Source: Lingula anatina (taxonomy: Eukaryota > Animalia > Brachiopoda). Taken from it: a DNA stretch of 64,000 bases. This document shows positions 12,698-23,500 of the stretch, piece by piece (position 1 is the first letter of the stretch; each line of letters starts with the position of its first letter). The notes beneath the pieces are model-generated. The model had not been told where the DNA came from. It did no database searches and saw only the letters and a program-made list of their open reading frames with translations. Location: contig CM120642.1 of NCBI GenBank assembly GCA_051362555.1, positions 28,148,001 to 28,212,000 on the forward strand, written 5' to 3'. The position numbers and the translations under genes are program-made.

Positions 12698-14321
12698 ATG
12701 CGTGCGGTGGGTAAACAAATATTTATGATGTTGGAAAAGTTTTTTGAAGATATTTCCTGACATTTTTCGTTTGGTCGTTTGGTCGCTTTCAGTATTAATT
12801 CTGCCTTTGATGGCGCTTGGATAGCTAAGAGTAAGCAGAGATTTGTCTTTAATGAAGAGAAATAATTAATTTGATTTTAAATCATTAATTAGGGTGACCT
12901 TTAAAAATTGTTCTAAGTTTACTATCATTAATGTTAATTTTCAGTCACTCGAGAAGCCGACATTGCCTTTCTTCTGGACGTGACTGGTGTCGCAGGCGAC
13001 GCGGGAAAGATCGGAAACTTCATCAAAACATTAGCCAACGATTCTTTCATCATAGGTCCCAACAACGTAAGCGTCGCCGTTATATCGTTTATACCGTCTG
13101 TCACAGCAATTATTACACTGGATCGTGAGCAGTCTTATGGAAACATATGGAGGAGCATTGATACAATTACTGTTGACGCTAATAATTTCCGTGGGAGCCA
13201 AGCTTCGAGAGCTCTCAGCTACACGCGCTCTTCGTTTCTAAATCCATCACACGCGCAAGGTGGGCGTCATAATACAAGGAAAATCATCGTGCTCATGACA
13301 ACAGACTTGTCGCCAGTACTTTGCAGAGCTGTAAAGAACAGCGTGTTAGCAAAAAATCAAAGTATCGAAGTGTTTGTCATAGGCATTGGAAACAAAGTCA
13401 ATATTTATGAGCTGCAAGCATTGTCTAGCGATCCTGTAGACACGCATGCGTTAGCCGTCCAGACGTTTGGGGACCTGGAGGATGTAACCGTCAACATTTC
13501 AACGTCTCTCTGCGCAGGTATTCTTGTGTGAGAGTGTGCCTGTGGCATTTTTCCGTTTCCATAGCTTTCCCTTTTCAATTTTTCTCTTTCATATGTTTTG
13601 CCCTCTTCTCCAGTTTCGCAATCATTTACATATCTTTTTATATGTTCAAGTGGTAATTCCTTTTCAGCGAATCAATTAATTTATTTATTCTGTTTTACAA
13701 TATATATAATTAAAAAATTCACATAAATAAAAGGTGCGCATCGAAAATCATTGAAGTATTCTTCTTTTCTTGATAAAGCAAGTGGTGCAAGTTATGCGCT
13801 GTTTAGTTTCACTACAATTTCTTCGCTTTCCAGTTCCAACAACCCAAAGTACAGATCGTACTACAACTAAATGGTATAATTACTACAAACGCCAGTGTCC
13901 GGATCCTACGACCACAACTAGAACTACTTCATCCACTGCCAGATATGACTTAACACTTTCTACAGTGACAACATCGGACTCGTTCACTGCCACAGGTGGC
14001 CCGTTTACACGTTCTGATGTAACAAGCCGAACCGGGCTCGGTTGTAGTACACGTAAGCAGGCCACGTCAACGTCTCCGACCAATGCAAAAAACGAAGACA
14101 TTTTTAAGAGATTTAATCGTGAAGAAGTGATCATCTTTGGTCTAAGCGGTGCGGTATTTGCTTTAGCATTTCTTTGCGGCTTGTGTGGATTATTCTTGTA
14201 TCTGACAAAAAGACGTTTAAGGGTCGAACAAGACCGCTCTCGGGAAGGAAAAACAGAAGGTGAGGATGATGTGGCGATAAAGAAGAAAACTGACGATGCT
14301 TGCACTTTAGAGGCGTTATAA
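12698..14321 (+). CDS. vWA-domain, Thr-rich stalk, single-pass membrane protein (~370 aa); signal-peptide exon apparently frameshifted by 1 nt
   Basis: Exons 12698-12710, 12793-12830, 12945-13517, 13834-14321. vWA: READIAFLLDVTG...GPNNVSVAVISF...RKIIVLMTTD...IEVFVIGIGNKVNIYELQALSSDP; then a T/S-rich stalk, TM IIFGLSGAVFALAFLCGLCGLFLYL, basic stop-transfer TKRR and TAA at 14319-14321. Exons 1+2 read MRAVVLILPLMALG* and need one extra base to join exon 3. AATAAA at ~14572. Confidence 0.75.
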
Positions 14322-14392
14322 TTTCTGTGCGCCTTGTTTACGAATAGAGCACAGACAGAAGTGTAAAAGACAGGCGAATTATAAATGGTTAA

Positions 14393-14559
14393 CAGGGGCG
14401 GATTAAGGCCGTCTTCTGGGTCTTCCGGAAGACGGTCAGATTTTCAAGTTAACATAGACGGATATCAAACTTTTTCTGTCGGAAGACGGTCAAAAATGAG
14501 GATGGATCAACAAAGATATTTTGGAAGACTGTCAGAAAATATCTCTGGATCCGCCCCTG
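14393..14559. mobile_element. Short TIR element (MITE) in the 3' UTR of the vWA gene
   Basis: CAGGGGCGGAT...ATCCGCCCCTG ends with internal repeats of GGAAGAC(G/T)GTCA; flanks GTTAA/ATTAA (imperfect, TSD unclear). Confidence 0.7.
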
Positions 14560-15281
14560 ATTAATAAACCCAATAAAAGAGTGTGTAAGAATGACAAGCC
14601 TTCTGTTTATGGCACTACGTAAACAGAAGCAACATTATGCAAAATACAACGAAAAGGTGTGACAGTTAATAAGACTTTCAATGAACTGGTTGAAGCACCA
14701 GATATTTCTCCTTTTTTTAATTTTCATATTTTTTCTCACAAATTGAAAAAAGATGAAAAACGATTTCAGTTCTAAGTTTCATGTAATTGGGACGGAGAAA
14801 GTAATTGAAATAATCAATATTTTATTTGTTATTTAATCTTTTACGCCAAAACAGACAATTACAAGGTTGTGGTTAATTCTAAGGATAAAAACATTGTCAT
14901 CGAGTTTCAGATGTATATCTTCGCGAACAGGAAAAATCGGTTTGTCAAAAATTTGATTTTGAATTATTTGAACAGTTACTTAGTATCCATAACCCACTCT
15001 TCATTTAACTATGGTACATTTATTGGACTAGGACCTGAATAAAAATCACTACATCTTTATAGATTCAAGTCTGGTATCATTGTTTTAAAACAGGTTATTA
15101 AAAGCATGATGATAAATTGTAATACACTTCTTCTCGCTTCAGGGATATTTCTATTGCCCTTAATATAAATCTCAGTGGGAATCTAGCTGTTGTTTTATGA
15201 AGACCTCCGTACCCCTGTAAAGTGTAATATCTAAAATTACCTTGCCTTCTATGGAATACATGCACTTTAAATTTCACAAGC

Positions 15282-15324
<43 letters not shown>

Positions 15325-15489
15325 CAATTGCGCCGTTCAGATAATCTCATATCCTGTTATGTACTTTCAATACTCTGTAATGTGGGATCGTCATTTCCTT
15401 CATTTACAAAAGAAAGGAATATTATTTTTGTCCGCCATAGAGATCTGCTTCCCGGATCTTCCATCATTTTAGAAAGATATAGTGTGTGT

Positions 15490-15520
<31 letters not shown>

Positions 15521-15537
15521 GGGTTCTCCTTTAAACA

Positions 15538-15730
15538 GCCAAAATCTGTACATATCAGCCATTCATAATAGGGGACTGATCAATAGTTCATCTCTTTTGA
15601 TTCTACAAATGTGCTAAATGATTTCCATGTACCACATGAAGATCTGTGCACCAGTATTTCACATATACACACCTTTTCACTAATAAGTGTGTGCATGTAT
15701 TTGGGAGGAAACGTGTGCGTTTGTTTATGC
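15538..15730. repeat. Dispersed repeat, copy 2 (inverted relative to 5571-5760)
   Basis: caaaatctgtacatatcagccattcataataggggactgatcaata...catgaagatctgtg...gtatttgggaggaaa matches the reverse complement of copy 1. Confidence 0.8.
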
Positions 15731-15879
15731 ATATGCATACCAGTAGGCCTATGTGTGTGTGTGTGGTGGGGGGGGGGGGGGGAGGGCTGAGGCGTTTGAC
15801 ATGGAGTGGGAGCGAAAACTGAAGACCATTTCTAACTTGCCTTTGCCTATGGGACCGTTCGCAATGAATTTTAGCTGAT

Positions 15880-16035
15880 GTGCACTAACTCCACGGGGAC
15901 TCTCGCTGAACACAGTCAGATTAACATGCCCCCTGGCGTTGAGTAGAGTACAGAAAAGCTGGTGATTATTTGAGGACGTTAGAAACAAAGTTAGGCGTGT
16001 CAGGCTGATTGCATTCAGCAAGTCCCCTTGCAGCC
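15880..16035. mobile_element. Internal fragment of the MITE family also present at 39113-39373
   Basis: ggggactctcgctgaa..cagattaa..cctggcgttgagtagagtacagaaaagctggtgatt..aggcgtgt matches 39165-39285. Confidence 0.7.
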
Positions 16036-16276
16036 GCACAGAAGCCAGGCCGATAAAATTCGTTGTTAAACTCAACACGCCGCTGCTTCTTAATACGTTG
16101 ACAAAGGAGGAGGGATATCAGGTGACTGTCTGGCTTTTCGATAAAAATGTGATACTCGTAAATTAGGAAATAAAACGGGACTACTAGTTACTAACGGAAC
16201 AAATATGAGATATCACAAAAAAACAATTAAGTCAAAGTAATAGACACTGATTAAATAACTGATGCCACGCTGCCTT

Positions 16277-16500
16277 TATAAAGAGACGGCTGCACACCTT
16301 TTTCAAAATTTTCGTCAAAATCTGAGATCCAGCTACTTTGAAAGAACAAACCTTTTGGTATTCTTTGAGCACCTACTAGTTAGGAGACCACCGCGTAGAG
16401 AACATACTTCTACGAAACCAGACAAGATTCTCAAGAAGTTACACCAAGACAATTGGAGGAATTCAGAACTGATCTTGCATTGGGTTGCTGCTGCTAGAAG
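16277..16500 (+). promoter_or_regulatory. TATA box and non-coding exon 1 of the neuropeptide gene
   Basis: TATAAA at 16277-16282; strong donor AAG|GTGAGT at 16500/16501; next acceptor ttttgattttcag ends at 17407, 14 nt before the ATG. Confidence 0.55.
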
Positions 16501-17421
16501 GTGAGTTTAAAATAAGATGTGAGTGCACCAGTGACCGATGTGATAAACAAGAGATGAGGTTGTTTAGGGGATGAGTTCTGTATTGCAGTTTGGAAAAGCG
16601 TTCTTGAATAAAGAAGTATTGCGCGTGAGTTTGCGAGCTTGCATTTTATACAGCTACATTTATTTTGTTCGTCGATGTTCTCAAATGGTAACAGTTTCTT
16701 ACTTAATTTTCAGGTAGGTAATCAAACTTACGGTTTACCAAAACGTGTGAATATTAATACGGTATATAAAATCACGAAAGTTTTGGCTTTGGGTCAAAGT
16801 TAGGAGAACAGAAAACGAAGTTGATGCTGATTTTTATCAGAATTCACCTAGCCCCCTGCTAATAGTCTCTCTTGGACAATATTTATTTTATTTGCGTCTT
16901 TTGGTCAAAACACTTTACTAAATGTAGGCTTAAGTCTATCCTTCAAGTATTCTTCCCAGGTTAACCAATTGGCTATTATTTCAAGACCCTATGTAAATAG
17001 TATTTAGTGTCTGTTGTCTTACTGTCAGCTGTATTATTCTAAACCACACCTCTACCCTTTATGAAATTTTGAGAACAGGGAAAAACAAGTTGCACTGCAG
17101 CTTCTTAATATTCTGCAAGGTTCTCCAGCGTTTTGTTCTTGGGATACATATAAATATTCCGAGTGACATCTTTCCTTTTTTGGCCGAGAAATTAGCATGG
17201 TGTGTTTTTAAACCAATTCCTTGTAAGAACTAAAATTCTCTTCTGAAAATTTTTGGAGATTTTTTGTCTCTTTGAGAGGTAAAAAATTGTAGTCGTTCAT
17301 ACCTCATTCACTAATGGTAGTTTTGGGATAGTGTAGCGAGGGTTGGGGAATTTCGAACGGGGAAGGGAAAAAAGGGGGATTAATGTTTTACACCTTTTGA
17401 TTTTCAGGAAAAACGTTTGGC

Positions 17422-18087
17422 ATGGCTGCTGGCAAATCGTTCATTTCCATGACATTCACGGCCTTTCTGCTGATTGGTTGGATCATGGCAGAGGAGGAGA
17501 CTGAACGGCAAGGGATACGTACTCTGGGACAACTGAAACAGTTGCTGCGAACCATCAGCCTGGTACTGGATGTTGAAAGCAGAGTAAAGTAAGCTCTTAA
17601 CATATGTGTAATTTGAGTTAAACTTCCCAAAATTAGCGCTGAGTGTTTTTCTATTTTAAGTTCCTTGATATTTGAATACAAAGAGACCCGCTTGCATCAC
17701 CATATTGGAGTAATTCCCAGAAAATATCGGAAAATTCGGAACTTCGTGTATTTTTGCATGCGGCACTAAATTTGCCTTTCACGTTCGACGTCAAAACAAA
17801 AACTGGTCGGTTGAAAATGGCTCCAAAATACACATTGCATTTTGCACACTGAACGGCAAGGGATATTATCATTATAATGCAGCAACAAACAGGCCGTACG
17901 ACCACTTCATAACGTGACAAAATTTTATGTAATGTTTTATATTCCCCAGCCATTTTGCCCGTTGAGAACATTGCAAGAATAACAGATTAATCACCCTTTT
18001 TTCTCTTAATATTTTTGCAGATTTGGAAAGCGCATGTGGAATGGACACTTAAAGGCTAACTCTACCATCCAAAGAGATGCGGAGTGA
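17422..18087 (+). CDS. Divergent neuropeptide Y/F (NPF)-like precursor, 77 aa; predicted 34-aa mature peptide ending SRVKF-amide
   Basis: Exons 17422-17588 and 18021-18087: MAAGKSFISMTFTAFLLIGWIMA|EEETERQGIRTLGQLKQLLRTISLVLDVESRVKF-GKR-MWNGHLKANSTIQRDAE*. It has a signal peptide, a GKR amidation/cleavage site and a phase-2 intron splitting the penultimate residue codon (AA|A), the NPY/NPF hallmark. AATAAA at 18311. Confidence 0.8.
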
Positions 18088-20537
18088 TCTGAAAAAAGAA
18101 TGCATAATGCGAAAAACGACCCGATTGCTCTACAGATTGTAACGCTTAACGTCCCGATCTCCATTAATTTTGTTTCGTGATTTTAGCTTCCTTTTGCGTT
18201 CACATAAAAACTTTTTTGTTCAGAGATGGTTACCGGTTTTTTTTTTTTTTTTTTTTTTTTATCACCTCAGTGAGTTTGGTTGCAAAAAGGGAAAATCAAA
18301 TTTGTAACGAAATAAACAAAGAACATAATATACGTCTTTCAGGATATGTTATATCACATTACACATCCATGCAAGGGTAGCAATATTTATGAATATTTAT
18401 GTAAAAACGTTTGTATGGTTTTGGGGTAGTGGGTGATAGCAGCAAAAAAAAAATCTTGCTAAAAAGGGCAATTAAAAACCTTTTATGTTTGGCATTTAAA
18501 GGTCATCTTTGATTTAAAAAAACATAAACCTAATAATTATGTCATAAATTTTATTACACGTTTATAACACAACTTACAATATTTACTTAAATGTATTAAA
18601 TGGCGAAGATAGAAAATATATACACTTTTCTCATCATTTCGTCCTTGTCAATTTTTCATTATTGGATGTGATAGCACCTTTTCAATTCAAACACCGTACT
18701 GTATGCAACCATTAGGTAGTGCAAAGAACCAAATCGTCGTTGGCGGCGATTTCTTTCTCTTTCTTTCTTGTTATTTCTCATTTACTGTTCATGACCATTT
18801 TTAACGACGTGGTGTACGACACTTATACGTAAATATATTCCAATAAAACGTGAAATTTTCATTTAAAACACCCTCAACGATACAAACGTTGTGGTCTTAC
18901 ATAACATAAATCTTACACAATTTTGTGTATACTTTAAATTAAATTTGTGCGGTTGTCTTGGACCGTGTCAACTTGTTATTTGCAAGTTATGCAGTGGTGC
19001 TACAGTAAGCTCAAGTTTGGTGGTATTTGATTTCAAAGACAGTCAACTGTCCGACAATCGATCCACAAATCTCATTTAGATCTAGCACTCAATACTGAGT
19101 CCTACTTCAGATGGACTGCCGCTGACATTTTCTCTACCAAGAAATAAACGAGAAGGTGGTTCTAATGCGTGTTGTTTGCTGAACAAAACGGAGTAATAAG
19201 TGACTTAATAATAACGAGCATACATTTATATTTCTTACATTGCACATGTATCTCTAACTTTAAAGCTGGCCCAAATTAAACCGTTGGCATTTTACCAGCG
19301 TATGTTACGTTTACATAACTAAACGTAAAACAACGCTGTGAAGATAAAATGATGAACAATAATAAGCGAGCACCGTAAGTATGAAATGCTTACTAAATAT
19401 TTACAATCAGCAAGTTATTACAAGGGCGTCCATTAGCAACGATTACATATAAAAAAATAAATAGGCGTACATCCACTGTTTTATAGACACAGTTGATTTT
19501 ACTAAATTTGTCATGGCAATACACATTGAAATATGGAACAAATGTCTTACAGTTATTCCATTGTGTCGTTTCGTGTACATCTACCAGTACCGTATCTTTG
19601 CAAACGTTTATGAATTCGACTATTTTTGCTTTAAGCCAGAGAAATGCCACTAAACATTAGGACAAATGGTGCATTTCAGGAACGATTTGAGTTTTCGAAA
19701 AGGAAGACACATGTAGATATTTCACTTTCATCAGGTAATCACAATACCCTGGTTCCTAAACCTGGTTTTGATTCAACCGTGGGTCACCTTTTATGTGTTC
19801 TTAATTTATACATAACATGATAACCAATGCCTGCACATTTGTTGGTGGCAACCCTGAAGTCCATTGGGAGTTGGAATTGGCTATCGTAAAGGAGTCGGTT
19901 AACATAAATTACACAACGCTTCTAGACAGTTGAGAGCATGGGGCATTTACATCACAGTTAAATAACAGATACACTTCTATTTCTTAATCAATCTCCGATG
20001 AATGTTGTCACTTCTGGCACCTACATTCTTGCTACATTCACGTGAGTGGAACCACGCACGGTTCCAGAGTTGTTTTTGTTGCATTCTGGACTAACAATGT
20101 TCATACTTTTAGGACATAACAAATCAAGCCTCACCTTAAGTATTGGCCATATAAAGAATTTTTAAAAAAATGAGCAGTGATAAAGCTCGCTGGGTGATTT
20201 AATTGACACATGTTGGAATGAACTTTCAACACATACTGTACAGGCGATTCCAGTATTTCTAAAGAACAGAAAGGTTTATTTGCTTGTTAAAAGAAGAACT
20301 GACTCATACTTCTTTCTATTTTACACATTAAACGGTACATCTGTCTATTAAGAATTTTAATTAGTTCACACACGCACATTTCTCCCTAATTCTAAAGCTA
20401 CCTACTTAAGCAGTTACTCACTGCATGTACAAGAATTTTCCGTACAAAACTTTCTCGTACGTGACGATATCTGTAAACTTTATTTCACTCCCCTGCACAC
20501 GGACTTATCAAATGTTACTTTTCATCTTTACATCATT

Positions 20538-23500
20538 TTAATGAAAACAGCGTAGAAACAATATTAAAACTAAATAAACGAAACTTTGACTAATCATCGT
20601 CTGGCTTATGCTGGTGGCTCCACCTTTCGAGTTGACCTTAGTAGCCGTCTTGCAGTATGATTGGTTTGTTGGATTTGACCGGTTTTCTGAAATCCCAAAA
20701 AGTATTTGAAACGCAACACTTGTTTATGTTTTTGTTTTTTTCTGTTATGCGCGTAATTATTAAAGGATTTTTTTTCCTCAAGGTACCAAAATGGCGACTT
20801 AAAAACAGATGTACATGCATTTACAAACACCAACCACGGAACAAAATCCTTTGACCTGTTTTTCAAACATTAATTTCGAAGCCTTTTCATCCTACTTTGT
20901 TAATAAAACACATTGTTAGCAAATCGTGTTATTAAATATCGACTATGTCATCTATGAAATAATATATCAAATCAAATTATCCAATTATCCTCAATTCATA
21001 CATGTATTTCCAATATCTTTTGTTATTGGATTTTCCAAATCTAGTAGCAGAAAAGATTGTTTTCTTATTTCCTTCATCAATGAATTTAGGAAATTTGACA
21101 GGTACTAGTAATTGGAGTTAGACTCACCTAAATCTAGGTAATATGATGCCGACTGTGTGTCACTTATCGTGACATCTCTCCGCGTTCCCTCGTCACACTG
21201 TGGGGAGGGCATTTGATATAATACTGGTCCTTTTCTGTCTGTTGGTCCAGAGCCTGTATAGTTCGTTAACACCTGATAACACATAAAGGCAACCGATGAT
21301 TAGAAAAAATGGCCAAAAGAAAAGAAATTGGTTTACTTTGTATTGAATTACTTAACAGATTGTTTTATAATGGTTGTTTATTTGCCGTTAGTTTTACTAT
21401 GGGGGATTTTGTATTTAAGTATATCGTATATGGCCACGGGTTCCAAACAAGAGTGCGAACTCAATGGTCTATCGAAATTTCCATCTTATATAAAAATATG
21501 AAGACTGATTTAAATATGCATATGGCGGCACAATATTTTTCATAAAAAGCCTTTCTAATTTTATTTTTTAGAAACCATCTCTAACTCTTGGTTAATTTTT
21601 TAGTGTTATCCGTTAATAGATAGATTGCTATCCCATTGTAGGATGAAATAAAGAGTAAAGCATTCTTTTTATGTGAATATAACAGACACTGGAAACTTAC
21701 CCAGCACCTAAATCTGCTCTGGTTAAATGCTCTGTTTTTGTCCTCGGTAATAATAAGAGTATCATCTCCACTTGTTTTCTGTGGCACTTTTAGGTGTGCC
21801 AGACAAGTAAACCCTAAAGAAACCAGACAAAAATTACGCTCTCTCTTCCATCAAAACAACTGCCGATTATCAAAATATTATAGGCTCTGTTTGTTAGTTT
21901 TTAAAAAAATCAAACGTTTCTGGTTCATTTCAACAATGTGTTTTATCTCGATTTCATAATTTGAAGTTAAAATCAAACCTTGATCGAGTCCTTTTGGCTC
22001 GCTACAGTCTCCTTTCTTGTCCAAGAACAGCCATAGTGAAGTCTCATTGGACGTGCACGTGGTTTGGTCGTACTCCCCTATGTGTCCTGTGCATGACGCA
22101 CCCCGGCCTTTGAACATGGCGTCAAAGGGGGTCTTGCCTGGCAACCCACAGGGAACGGGTACTCGTTCCACAGCAGCTAAGATAAAATACAAACGGTAGT
22201 TGTTTTGACACCATTGCTAATGGAACATACTGCCCCGTGGTGTTTACAGGATCCTTTTTGGAGGTTTTGAAATACAACTTTTTTTATTTAGTTATTTTAT
22301 TCAGGCTAGGTTCCAACAGTATGTTAGATCATGGATTCAGGGCATGGAATCAAACATATGGTAGTGCTCGAGTCATCTTAAAATATCAAAGAGCTTTAAA
22401 ACTCATTAACCAACGGACAGCGTTTTTTTGTTTTTTTTTTTTTTTCAGACACAAATACGGCGCTTTTGGGTTTGTCATTTGGCATTTTTCCTGCAATGTT
22501 CTGTAAACTGTGCATGGTACTGTGATGATAAAACTTACCGACTAGATTTTTGAAAGAAGCACTTCTGATTAGTGCGTTCAGGGGAGCAGGGTCGTTGGAA
22601 AAACTGCAGATCGTTTCTAGTGGTTCGTCGGATCTGACGCTTTTTGCTGAAAGTACAAAATGCAACCTTACATGTACAGGCTATTCTTGTATTTCGCTTT
22701 GCTTTATAGTCACTATCATCTCAAATGAGTTTCTCCTAGCACAATCGGTAAATTCTCTTTTCAAGTATAACACATTTTAAAAGACTTTTCAAAGTAATAG
22801 CATTTTAACGTAGTTATTACGTACATATGAAAAGAAAAGTAATTACTGCTTCAGTGGTGTAGTTGGTCACATTAGAGTATTCTGTTCTATTCTTTCTACT
22901 CTAAACTAATCTGGTTTAAAGAGTGTTTGTACTTACAAAGTCGATACTTGAGGACATTTGGGTTAGCCCTCTTGAAGGACATACACGTGTATCGTGGACG
23001 GCTGGAAATGGACGAAAAATACGACTATAAACCCCCAAACACGATTTTATTCAGAAGCAAATAGGTCTACCTTTATGTCACAAAATAGGACTCTCTTCGG
23101 TTACATAGAAATGTGTATGCTGTTGTTTGTAGGCCTATTACTGTTCTGTTTAACTATCCCTAAAACACTGTATGGCATAAATCTGATTCCCCCCCCCCTC
23201 CCCAAAATAAAAAGAAATAAAGTTAAATAAAAAGAAGTAGAAAAAGACATATCTTACCATCCATTGCCAAAAGTTGAAACCATCTTATATTCTTGCCCTT
23301 CATACTTCTTGCCGATACAAGAGAACGTTCCCAGCTCAGGAGAATGGACATGTGTTTGGTTGATATTCAGGTTAAAGTTTTCAATGACTTCCTGTTGCAC
23401 CCACTGACCCCGAATGTCTTCTGCTAGGTTCTGGGTAGGGGCTGGATTTGGAGCTCGGTCTGAAAAGAGTAACAATACAACGTGTCCCAGCGTGCCTTGA

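Noticed and set aside
12725-12830. In-frame TGA (12758) in MMLEKFFEDIS*HFSF..., a possible selenocysteine or readthrough
   Set aside because: The region is better explained as an 82-nt intron (12711-12792) with branch point and pyrimidine tract; there is no signal peptide in that frame and no SECIS recognised.
13883-14305. 140-aa minus-strand ORF
   Set aside because: Antisense shadow of the vWA gene's last exon.
20820-20855. Alternative terminal exon GQRILFRGWCL* for the ShKT gene
   Set aside because: Purine-rich acceptor; the 20538-20686 exon has a better acceptor and supplies the GPI-like tail.
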